Notes under the pieces: generated by a model
What the model was told of the DNA's origin: nothing
Databases searched by the model: none
What the model saw: only the letters and a program-made list of their open reading frames with translations
Shown here: positions 34,930 through 42,795 of the stretch, piece after piece
How the letters are laid out: each line of letters starts with the position of its first letter
Numbering within the stretch: the first letter of the stretch is position 1
NCBI GenBank assembly: GCA_017431625.1
Contig: JAFRKQ010000015.1
Coordinates: 17,608-81,607, forward strand
Direction of reading: 5' to 3'
Origin: a bacterium
GTDB lineage: Bacteria; Patescibacteriota; Microgenomatia; UBA1400; PJMF01
Length of the DNA: 64,000 bases
Program-made: the position numbers and the translations under genes

Positions 34930-35263
34930 TCGTACCTCGAGCTTTTTCCTTAATTCTAGTAGCGCGTCGACCGATCTTGTCTCGCAGATAGTAGAGCTTA
35001 GCTCGACGCACGTCACCGTGTCGCTTGATTACCACCTTCTGCAGACTAGGTAACTCGAGTGGAAAGATTTTTTCTACCGCCACATTGTTGCTGGCAATTT
35101 TGCGCACAGTGAAAGCACGACCAGTTTCTTGTCCGCCAGCGGCGATCACAATACCTTCAAAAACTTGAATTCGTTTTTTGCTGCCTTCGCTCACCTCCTG
35201 GTGAACAGCCACAGTGTCACCCACACTAATTTGTTGATCTTGAAAAGTAAAATGTTGTGCCAT
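34898..35263 (-). CDS. rplS: 50S ribosomal protein L19
   Basis: 121 aa bL19 (QVFEGIVIA...RRAKLYYLR). Confidence 0.9.
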   Translation of the reverse strand: MAQHFTFQDQQISVGDTVAVHQEVSEGSKKRIQVFEGIVIAAGGQETGRAFTVRKIASNNVAVEKIFPLELPSLQKVVIKRHGDVRRAKLYYLRDKIGRRATRIKEKARGTSVNPVASIAA

Positions 35264-35406
35264 ACCAATTTGTTCCTTGTTTGTTTTTTCCTAAGGGTCA
35301 TATTATATCACAAAAAATATAAATTTCGGGGGGCAATTTTATCAAAATGTGTAATTGGTCGAGCTTGATAAAACGACCGGTGTTTTTCCCGCCTGGAAAC
35401 CAGACA

Positions 35407-35444
35407 AATTGCCTCTTGTCAAAAATGATCTTTTTTGGTATAAT
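35407..35444 (+). promoter_or_regulatory. Promoter AATTGCCTC-TTGTCA-17-TGgTATAAT, leaderless (ATG 35452)
   Basis: -35 35416-35421, -10 35439-35444, 7-nt gap to ATG. Confidence 0.6.
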
Positions 35445-35451
35445 TGAGGTA

Positions 35452-37233
35452 ATGGCAGAAGAGAATATTGATCAATCGCAAAAAAACAAGCCGGCAGCAC
35501 TGACAGCTCCACCGGTGGGTACTCGTTTGCCTGATGACCCAGGAAAGCCCAAAAGACGTCGCCGCCGTGGTCGGCGGGGACGTGGTCGGAGAACGCAATT
35601 GCCAGATAGCGTTGTTGCTGGACAGCAACAATCTCAACAATTAGCTCGTCAACAGCAACAAGCGCGTTTGGGCTCGCTGGATCAGGAACTCAAGCCTGAT
35701 GTTGCGGCCGTTACTCATGGATCTCAGACTAATAAAACTCAAAGCCTGGACAATAACGATAAACATCAGTCGGCAGACCAAAAAACATCATCTTCAGCTA
35801 ACACCTCGCCATCAGATCAAGCTCAAGAAGAATCGCTCTCGTCAACTTTACCAGCTTTGCGCGTCAACGGTAAACCTTATCGCCCAGCAGAAAAACGTGG
35901 AGATCGGTCTGCGGCCAAAGTTGATAAAAATGCGACTTTTCAAAAAAAACTAGTTGTCAAAAAAGATCCTGATATCCCAAACAAATTGGCTGACGTGGGG
36001 AAGAAAGTCCATATAGCTTTTGCTGGTAAAAAGCCAGATGCGCCAGCTGAGACGATCGCGGCTGAGACGATTTATCAGACTTCAGCGCCAAATGAAAAAC
36101 GCCACGGCAGAAATAATAGGACGGGCAAAAATAACCAGCAAATCCGTTCCCAGTCAGCAGTTATTGGTGAGACATCATCTCGGTCGAAGGCGGAAGCGCC
36201 GATTTTGGACACAGGTTTGGCGCAGGCGTCTCAAGAACGATCACTAGCCAGTGAGTCGAGTCGTCACAATCAACAACGCCGTGACAAAGAAAGTGAGCAA
36301 AAAGAAGCTGAAGCCACCGCTCACCGCTTTACTCCCCATTTGTCTAGTGGCTTAAAAGGGTCAACGCCAACTTTTTCTTTACAAGATATCCAACGAGCTC
36401 GCCGTCGTCGTCGCATTTGGGGTAGTTTGCTGTTACTTATTTTGCTGGCAGCGGCTTACTTTTTGTGGGCTGGTATTCAGCAAGCTCGCCAGAGCGTTGG
36501 CGAAATGATCGGTGAGACTAACAAACGTGAGCTTGAGCAGTTGGTACCAACAAGTGAAGTACCACAACCTCATACTAAGGCTACTTTGAGTGGCAAGGTG
36601 GTGACCGGCGGTTTGCATTTTCCATCCGTTACGGTGGATCGCATTGCGATTTATATCCGTTATGGCGAAGAGAACTCTTTCCGTGACACTGGCATTCGTT
36701 TGATGCGCGGCGAGGAGAAATGGAGTTTTTCTCAGGCTGACAGCGGTGAAAGTTATGAAATTCAAGCAGTCCTGATTGATAATGGTCGTCAAATTGCTTA
36801 CTCGGATGTCGTGACAGCGACGGCTCCAGCGGCTGAGATTGTGCTGACTTTTCCCGCTGGTAGTGGTGAGGTGCCGACTGAAAACATTCGCGACAATCTT
36901 GCTGATCAAGCACCAGCCGAGCCAGTGCTTCAATTATCGGAATCACCCACTATTTCTGGTGTTGTCCGCTTGGAAGGAGATTTTCCAGCGGGTGCTCAGG
37001 TGGTCATTTGGTTGGGCGAAGACCATGGTGGTCAAGTGCGACAAGATGCTTATACTTTTGGTATCAGTAGTAGTGAGACAGCATATACGATCAGTGAACT
37101 CAAAGCCGATGTTAATTACGTGATGGATGCTGTGTTACAAAGTGCCGATGGACAGATTTTGGGGTTGGCTGGTCAGAGTTTGCTTGCTCGTTCTCCGGCT
37201 ACCGATGCTAATTTTGTGATTAAACTTAATTAG
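35452..37233 (+). CDS. Single-pass membrane protein with Arg/Gly-rich disordered cytoplasmic N-terminus and extracytoplasmic C-terminal domain
   Basis: KPKRRRRRGRRGRGRR stretch, TM IWGSLLLLILLAAAYFLWAGI, ~230-aa C-domain. Confidence 0.55.
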   Translation: MAEENIDQSQKNKPAALTAPPVGTRLPDDPGKPKRRRRRGRRGRGRRTQLPDSVVAGQQQSQQLARQQQQARLGSLDQELKPDVAAVTHGSQTNKTQSLDNNDKHQSADQKTSSSANTSPSDQAQEESLSSTLPALRVNGKPYRPAEKRGDRSAAKVDKNATFQKKLVVKKDPDIPNKLADVGKKVHIAFAGKKPDAPAETIAAETIYQTSAPNEKRHGRNNRTGKNNQQIRSQSAVIGETSSRSKAEAPILDTGLAQASQERSLASESSRHNQQRRDKESEQKEAEATAHRFTPHLSSGLKGSTPTFSLQDIQRARRRRRIWGSLLLLILLAAAYFLWAGIQQARQSVGEMIGETNKRELEQLVPTSEVPQPHTKATLSGKVVTGGLHFPSVTVDRIAIYIRYGEENSFRDTGIRLMRGEEKWSFSQADSGESYEIQAVLIDNGRQIAYSDVVTATAPAAEIVLTFPAGSGEVPTENIRDNLADQAPAEPVLQLSESPTISGVVRLEGDFPAGAQVVIWLGEDHGGQVRQDAYTFGISSSETAYTISELKADVNYVMDAVLQSADGQILGLAGQSLLARSPATDANFVIKLN

Positions 37234-37465
37234 GGCGGGTCTACAACTCACCGAAACACTCAAAAAATGGTCAAAAATTTATCTGAAAGTCTGATGGATG
37301 CATTTGTGGCAAGTATCAAAATATCACTGGTGTATAGGTAATATTTGTAACGATAATAAATTTTTTTTCGCCGATTGCTACTCTTAAGTGCCAAGCTTGG
37401 TGCAAAGCGGCGCAGTAACATATTGCTAATAAGCGTGTAGATATACTCGACTACTGGTATTGTTT

Positions 37466-38362
37466 TTACAGACTTTGTAATTTGCTAACTGTATCTAAGT
37501 AGGTAACAGCACTCAAAGCAGCAACATTGCCCTCACCGGCAGCTTTAATGTATTGATAAGGGGCGCCGGTGAGATCGCCAGCTGCAAATACCCCTGGTAA
37601 ATTAGTTTTACCAGCACGATCAATCACGACACGATTGCCTTCAATGTTTAAGTCGGGTAAAAGTCGCCACGGTGGACTCGTGGGACGGAAAATAAAAACT
37701 CCATCAACACTGACAGTGGATTCCCCAAAACTCACAACCATTTTTTTGTCTTCACTTTGAGTGATATTGGCAGGGCGACCTTGAGCCAGTTCTAAATTTT
37801 TTGGCGGTGGTTCTTGAGAAAAAGCATCGGCATATTGCGGATAATAATAAACATGAGCAGCCAGTTGACACAAAAAGCGGGTTTCGGTTTCGTCGCTAGC
37901 AGCGTAGGCGATCACAACTGTGTCTTTGTCACGATAAGCTCGACCATCGCAAGTAGCACAATAACTAACGCCGTGCCCTAAGAATTTTGTCTCGCCAGGA
38001 AGTGGTGTCGCGCGGACACTGCCAGTAGCGAGAATAACACTACGGGCTTCGTAGAGATTATTTTCGCCTTGAATCGAAAAAAACTCGCCAAAATCAATTA
38101 CCTCTGTAATGCGGTCGGCGGTAATTTCTAGGTCAAAATTTTTGGCGTGAGCGACAAATTTGCGATTGAGTTTTTGACCGGTAACATCCGGCAAGCCTAG
38201 ATAGTTTTCGATTTTGTGTTCGCCGGCTAAATGTGTGGCTCCAGATTCAAAAATAATGACTGATTTATTACGAATCTTGGCAGTGATAGCGGCTTCAAGT
38301 CCCGCTGGACCGGCACCAATAATGGCAATGTCAAAACGTTGACTAGCCAAACTTGTACTCAT
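37466..38362 (-). CDS. trxB: Thioredoxin-disulfide reductase
   Basis: IIGAGPAG FAD motif, CATC redox-active disulfide. Confidence 0.9.
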   Translation of the reverse strand: MSTSLASQRFDIAIIGAGPAGLEAAITAKIRNKSVIIFESGATHLAGEHKIENYLGLPDVTGQKLNRKFVAHAKNFDLEITADRITEVIDFGEFFSIQGENNLYEARSVILATGSVRATPLPGETKFLGHGVSYCATCDGRAYRDKDTVVIAYAASDETETRFLCQLAAHVYYYPQYADAFSQEPPPKNLELAQGRPANITQSEDKKMVVSFGESTVSVDGVFIFRPTSPPWRLLPDLNIEGNRVVIDRAGKTNLPGVFAAGDLTGAPYQYIKAAGEGNVAALSAVTYLDTVSKLQSL

Positions 38363-40026
38363 GTCTTTCCTTGCTGTTGTTTGTAAGTTTGTGCCGCTTG
38401 AATGAAAGCCACAAAAAGAGGATGCGGTGCAAGGGGGCGAGTTTTGTATTCAGGATGGCCTTGAGTTGCAACAAAGAAGGGGTGAACACTTACTGGCAGC
38501 TCGATAAACTCGACAAAAAAGTCATCAGGTGAAGTGCCAGAAAAAACCAAGCCCTTTTGCTCTAATTGCTCGCGATAGTTATTGTTGACCTCAAAGCGAT
38601 GACGATGGCGCTCACTCACTAGCCCATCTTGTTGCTGTTTGAAGGCATTGGCCTGCTGATAAATGCGATAAGTCAAAGTGTCTTTTTTGAGGATAGCATC
38701 ATGAGCCCCGAGACGCATGGAGGCACCTTCACCTTTGATGGTTTGGCGTTGATCATCGCGAGGAATGGCGTGAATGACAGGATAAGGTGTTTGCGGGTCG
38801 ACTTCGGTGCTATTGGCATTTTGAAGACCAGCGACATGACGAGCGAATTCCACTACTGCCAGTTGCATCCCATAACATAATCCCAAGAAAGGCACTTGGT
38901 GTTCGCGCGCATATTGAATGGCGGTAATTTTCCCCTCTACTCCCCGGCTGCCCCAACCAATTGGCACAATGATACCATCAAGATGATACAAGTCGTCAAT
39001 TTTTTTTGACTCTTTTTCTAAATCTTCGGCCTTAATAAACTGCAAATCCAAATTAAGACCGGTAGCAGTTTGGGTGTGAGCGAGGGCCTCAAGCAGCGAA
39101 GCGTAAGAATCACGCAATTCATATTCGCCGGAGCTTAAATACTTAGCAATAATGCCGATTTTGAGAGTAAGTTTTTTGGGAGCATCAATTTTACTTACCA
39201 TTTTTTTCCAGGCCGACAGGTCTGGCGTGTGGTCTTCGAGACCAAGTTTTTTGAGCGCCTTGCTGGCAAAATTCTGCTCTTCAAAAATTAAGGGGAGTTC
39301 ATAGATACTGTGACAATCAGGATTGGAAATAATGTCGGCGGGTGCGAGATTACAGTAGTAAGCAACTTTGTCTTTACGCTTATCGTCAATAGGAATTTGC
39401 GCCCGGCCAACAATAAAATCTGGTTGAATACCCATGCTATTGAGATTTTTGACTGAGAGTTGAGTGGGCTTGGACTTGAGTTCATTGATATGGGCCGGCT
39501 TGGGGAAATAAGTCACATGGACATGAATGACATCGTCTGGTTTTTGGAGTTTAAGAATCCGGTTGGCTTCATAATAAATGGTATTTTGGTACTCGCCAGC
39601 GCAACCACCGAGTTCGATGAGAATGATGTCAAAGCCATGGGCCGCTTTTTCAATGCGCCTGATCACCTCTTCTGGTAAGTAAGGAATAGCGTCAACGGTT
39701 TTGCCCTTAAACTCAAGGTCACAGGTTTTTTTAATCATTGTTTGGTAGATTTGGCCGACAGTACAATAATTTTTCAAACCCACCTCTTGTCCCAAAAAAC
39801 GTTCATAAGTACCCAGGTCCAAGTCGGCCTCAGTGCCATCTTCACATAAAAATACATCGCCATGTTCAATTGGGTTAATATTGCCAGCATCGAGGTTGAG
39901 ATAGTTTTCAAATTTGATATTAGTGACGCGATAACCACGGGCTTTGAGAGTCACTCCTAGAGATGCCGCTGTCACCCCTTTACCTAAACCTGACAACACC
40001 CCGCCAGAAACAAAAATATATTTCAT
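38359..40026 (-). CDS. pyrG: CTP synthase
   Basis: MKYIFVSGGVLSGLGKG synthetase N-terminus, class I glutamine amidotransferase C-domain (GLCYGMQ); SD GAGAGG. Confidence 0.9.
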   Translation of the reverse strand: MKYIFVSGGVLSGLGKGVTAASLGVTLKARGYRVTNIKFENYLNLDAGNINPIEHGDVFLCEDGTEADLDLGTYERFLGQEVGLKNYCTVGQIYQTMIKKTCDLEFKGKTVDAIPYLPEEVIRRIEKAAHGFDIILIELGGCAGEYQNTIYYEANRILKLQKPDDVIHVHVTYFPKPAHINELKSKPTQLSVKNLNSMGIQPDFIVGRAQIPIDDKRKDKVAYYCNLAPADIISNPDCHSIYELPLIFEEQNFASKALKKLGLEDHTPDLSAWKKMVSKIDAPKKLTLKIGIIAKYLSSGEYELRDSYASLLEALAHTQTATGLNLDLQFIKAEDLEKESKKIDDLYHLDGIIVPIGWGSRGVEGKITAIQYAREHQVPFLGLCYGMQLAVVEFARHVAGLQNANSTEVDPQTPYPVIHAIPRDDQRQTIKGEGASMRLGAHDAILKKDTLTYRIYQQANAFKQQQDGLVSERHRHRFEVNNNYREQLEQKGLVFSGTSPDDFFVEFIELPVSVHPFFVATQGHPEYKTRPLAPHPLFVAFIQAAQTYKQQQGKT

Positions 40027-40099
40027 ATTTACCTCTCTAGGGCTTTCATTGTACCGCAATAGGCATAAAAATCAAGGTCTTGATTTTCTGGTGAGAGTG

Positions 40100-40108
40100 T
40101 GGTATAAT
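40100..40108 (+). promoter_or_regulatory. Extended -10 (TGgTATAAT) for tRNA-Asp
   Basis: 26 nt upstream of tRNA 5' end. Confidence 0.5.
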
Positions 40109-40134
40109 GTCAATCCTTAACAAATAGAGATATT

Positions 40135-40211
40135 GGCTCGGTGGTGTAGCTGGTTAACATAACTCCCTGTCACGGAGTAGATCGCCGGTTCGAGTCCGGT
40201 CCGAGTCGCCA
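40135..40211 (+). tRNA. tRNA-Asp (anticodon GTC), CCA encoded
   Basis: Acceptor GGCTCGG/CCGAGTC, anticodon stem ACTCC/GGAGT loop CTGTCAC, T arm GCCGG-TTCGAGT-CCGGT. Confidence 0.9.
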
Positions 40212-40220
40212 AAGTACTAA

Positions 40221-40247
40221 TGTCTCAGAAGTTGGGACATTTTTTTG
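40221..40247 (+). terminator. Terminator-like hairpin + T tract after tRNA-Asp
   Basis: TGTCTCA gaagt TGGGACA TTTTTTT (one mismatch in stem). Confidence 0.5.
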
Positions 40248-40356
40248 GTGCAGTTTTGCCTACTTATTCTTCCAGCCAAGATAAATCGAAGTCGTTTGGT
40301 GATACTTATGTGTTGGCCAACTCGACTAGCTCTTCGTGCGTCAATTGTGGAGGGAG

Positions 40357-41661
40357 TTAGTAGGCTTCATCATTATAGCGTGAGTTGATACCCCAATCAC
40401 TGATTTTGGCAACACCATGTCCAGTGTGACCAACACCCAAGGGATATTGATCTCCGTTGGGAGTTGGCATACGCTCTTGCTGGCGTCGTTGATTGTCCCA
40501 CGCATAGCCTTCACCGTCAATCATGGTGGTAGACTCAAAGTGGTAACCGGTGGGCGACAAGCTGCACTCCACACTAGGAGTTTTAGTCAGACAATCGGGA
40601 TCATTTTGACTGGCGACACCTACACAACCAGCGTGCCCAGCAATGTAAGATGAACCACCACCGCCAGTGCCGACGTAGTTGGTAACACTACCACCAGCTT
40701 CCCCACCATACCAACCGCCACCACCGCCGCTGCCATAACTAGGTGCACTACCGCCTTGGCCAAAAGCACTCCGACGCCAGAAATCGCCCGCAGTGACTTC
40801 ACTGGTTACTTGTGTTCCGCCTGCTCGATTGATGTAATCGGGAGACTCGTCACCACAAAAAGCAAAATTTGTATTAGTGCCAGAATAACCAACAAGTCCA
40901 CCGGCACTACCACCTTTGGCACGACAACCAGCATAATTGAGCGCGCCACCGCCACCACCGGCAACCATAATCCGACTGCTGAGGGAACCGGTATCGTACC
41001 ATTCTCCTTTGATCAGGCGAATATCAGTGGCACCGCCACCACCGCTTCCCCAAGAGGATGGGGCTACGCCACCAGCGCCGCCGGCATTAAATGCTGCTGT
41101 TTTTTCGCCGTTGCCCACAACATGTTCGCCGACATAAACATAAACGATCGTGTCATTGTCAACAGTGAGTATCCCCGCGGTATAAGCTCCACAGCCACCG
41201 TCATTGTGCTGTTCGTCAATATTGCCACCTTGGGCACCCCAAAGTTCAACATAATACGTGTGATTGGCCTTGAGTGTCACCGTCTGCACTGCTCCTGTAT
41301 AAGTAAAAATCTTGCTACCATGCTCTGCTATTGTTTGTTCTTGGGTGTCGGTAACGACTATGCTATTATTGTCAGGCGGAATTTCCCAGTCAATCTTATT
41401 ATCTATAGCAACGTGACTTGGTGATGAGGGTGCGGGTGTGGGTAATGGTTGACCATCGTCGTTTTGGCTTGCAATATTCAAGAAACTGTCTTGAGAAGTC
41501 GATCTGGGTGTTTGATAGGTAGTAATTGCAGCGGCACCAACCAAAGTGACAATGACGATAAAAACACCAATGGTAACAATCGTGCTAGTGTCATCACTGT
41601 TAGGTTGGTATTTTGAAGCGGTATTATTGCTAGTATTGAGATTTTCTTCTTGACTGGACAT
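40357..41661 (-). CDS. Membrane-anchored glycine-rich-domain surface protein
   Basis: N-terminal TM IVTIGVFIVIVTLVGAAAI, then YVELWGAQGG...GGGGA...GGSAGGLVGY...GGGGGWYGGEAGG repeats reminiscent of the ALK-type Gly_rich domain; own promoter TTGACA-17-TATAGT. Confidence 0.6.
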   Translation of the reverse strand: MSSQEENLNTSNNTASKYQPNSDDTSTIVTIGVFIVIVTLVGAAAITTYQTPRSTSQDSFLNIASQNDDGQPLPTPAPSSPSHVAIDNKIDWEIPPDNNSIVVTDTQEQTIAEHGSKIFTYTGAVQTVTLKANHTYYVELWGAQGGNIDEQHNDGGCGAYTAGILTVDNDTIVYVYVGEHVVGNGEKTAAFNAGGAGGVAPSSWGSGGGGATDIRLIKGEWYDTGSLSSRIMVAGGGGGALNYAGCRAKGGSAGGLVGYSGTNTNFAFCGDESPDYINRAGGTQVTSEVTAGDFWRRSAFGQGGSAPSYGSGGGGGWYGGEAGGSVTNYVGTGGGGSSYIAGHAGCVGVASQNDPDCLTKTPSVECSLSPTGYHFESTTMIDGEGYAWDNQRRQQERMPTPNGDQYPLGVGHTGHGVAKISDWGINSRYNDEAY

Positions 41662-41685
41662 AGTTTTTTATCTTTGTTTTTATTC

Positions 41686-41714
41686 ACTATAACGTATTTT
41701 TTTGGCTTTGTCAA
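41686..41714 (-). promoter_or_regulatory. Sigma70 promoter TTGACA-17-TATAGT for the glycine-rich protein gene
   Basis: Minus strand; diverged copy of TTTGTCAAGA(G/C)G motif at 41705-41719. Confidence 0.55.
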
Positions 41715-41970
41715 GACGACATGTGGGCTCAATCATTGCGAAATAAAAAATCATGCCCTTTATAGCGTATATTTGCTGGATAAAATCTGCGAATTTCTTC
41801 TGTCTGGAGAAAAATTTTGTGAGTTGATGACAAATAATCAATAAGATTATTTGAGCCAAACAAGCGCAAGATGATGTAGCTTATCTAGGTGAGTATATAT
41901 TTTGCCAGACACTGGGTTTCAATTGTCGCGCACTGATGTCAGCGAGCTTGAATAATCCTTTGTCTACTGG

Positions 41971-42011
41971 TAAACAAAAAACAGGTGACAACGTCACCTG
42001 TTTTTTGTTTT
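41971..42011. terminator. Bidirectional terminator (A-tract, perfect 8-bp stem, T-tract)
   Basis: AAACAAAAAA CAGGTGAC aa GTCACCTG TTTTTTGTTTTT downstream of hsp20. Confidence 0.75.
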
Positions 42012-42029
42012 TGGTCCATCAAGATCAGC

Positions 42030-42458
42030 TTAATTGATTTCGATGTGTTTGCTCTCTGGCAGCTTCTCTGGCTCTTGCTTTTTGGGCAAAGTGATTTGCA
42101 AAATTCCATCATTGAAGCTGGCTTTAATGTCGTCGCGAGTGATATCTTCGCCGACATAGAAGCTTCGGGCGCAAGAACCATAGAAGCGTTCTTGACGGAC
42201 GAACCGCTCCCCTTCTTTCTCGTCCACATTTTTGTGGGTTTGAGCGGAGATTTTGAGATAACCGTCTTCGAGTTGGATGTCAATATTATCCTTGCTAAAT
42301 CCAGGCATATCAACATCAATTAGATATTCGCCTTTCTTTTCGCGGATGTCAGTTTTCATCAAACTGCCAGTTGAGGGTGAGAAGAAATCCCCTCCTCCAA
42401 AAAAGCTGTCAAAAAGATCAAAATCACGTCCGCGGCGTGGTACCATAGTCATGAGCAT
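42030..42458 (-). CDS. Hsp20/alpha-crystallin small heat-shock protein
   Basis: 142 aa ACD domain (GYLKISAQ...ERFYGSCARSF...DGILQITLPK). Confidence 0.9.
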   Translation of the reverse strand: MLMTMVPRRGRDFDLFDSFFGGGDFFSPSTGSLMKTDIREKKGEYLIDVDMPGFSKDNIDIQLEDGYLKISAQTHKNVDEKEGERFVRQERFYGSCARSFYVGEDITRDDIKASFNDGILQITLPKKQEPEKLPESKHIEIN

Positions 42459-42494
42459 ATGGCTCCTTTCTGTAATAATTTTTAATTACCTGTG

Positions 42495-42545
42495 ATTATA
42501 GCACAATTTTTAGCAATGTCAACACCCAATTGCTAGTAGTGCTAA
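42495..42545. promoter_or_regulatory. hsp20 promoter (TTGACA-16-TATAAT, minus) overlapped by CIRCE-like inverted repeat
   Basis: TTAGCAATG-N9-AATTGCTAG (42510-42536) followed by AGTGCTAA (42538-42545). Confidence 0.55.
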
Positions 42546-42574
42546 AAAAAACTAATTTTTTCTTGATTGATGGG

Positions 42575-42730
42575 AAAAAATTGTCTATTTTAGTGAATTA
42601 TCCTATAATTTATGAGATTGTCCAGACTAATTTAAAACGGAATAATATATTATAGGATAAATAGTAACTTTTTTGCCTGGAAAAATATGGCAAAACTTGG
42701 TTAAAATCCTATAATAATTAAAAATTATGG
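42575..42730. repeat. ATTATAGGAT/ATCCTATAAT box repeat element, copy 2
   Basis: ATCCTATAAT-N40(GTCCAGAC)-ATTATAGGAT-N47(GCCTGGAAAAA)-ATCCTATAAT. Confidence 0.7.
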
Positions 42731-42795
42731 AGTAATTATCAATTTGATATAAAAACTGGCGGGCGAAAAAGACAAAGTCGTGATATAATAGGGGC

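Noticed and set aside
40756-41424. 222-aa plus-strand ORF
   Set aside because: Antisense to the glycine-rich protein gene. Its translation is Cys/Thr/Ile-rich junk with no promoter, whereas the minus strand has TTGACA-17-TATAGT and a coherent domain structure.
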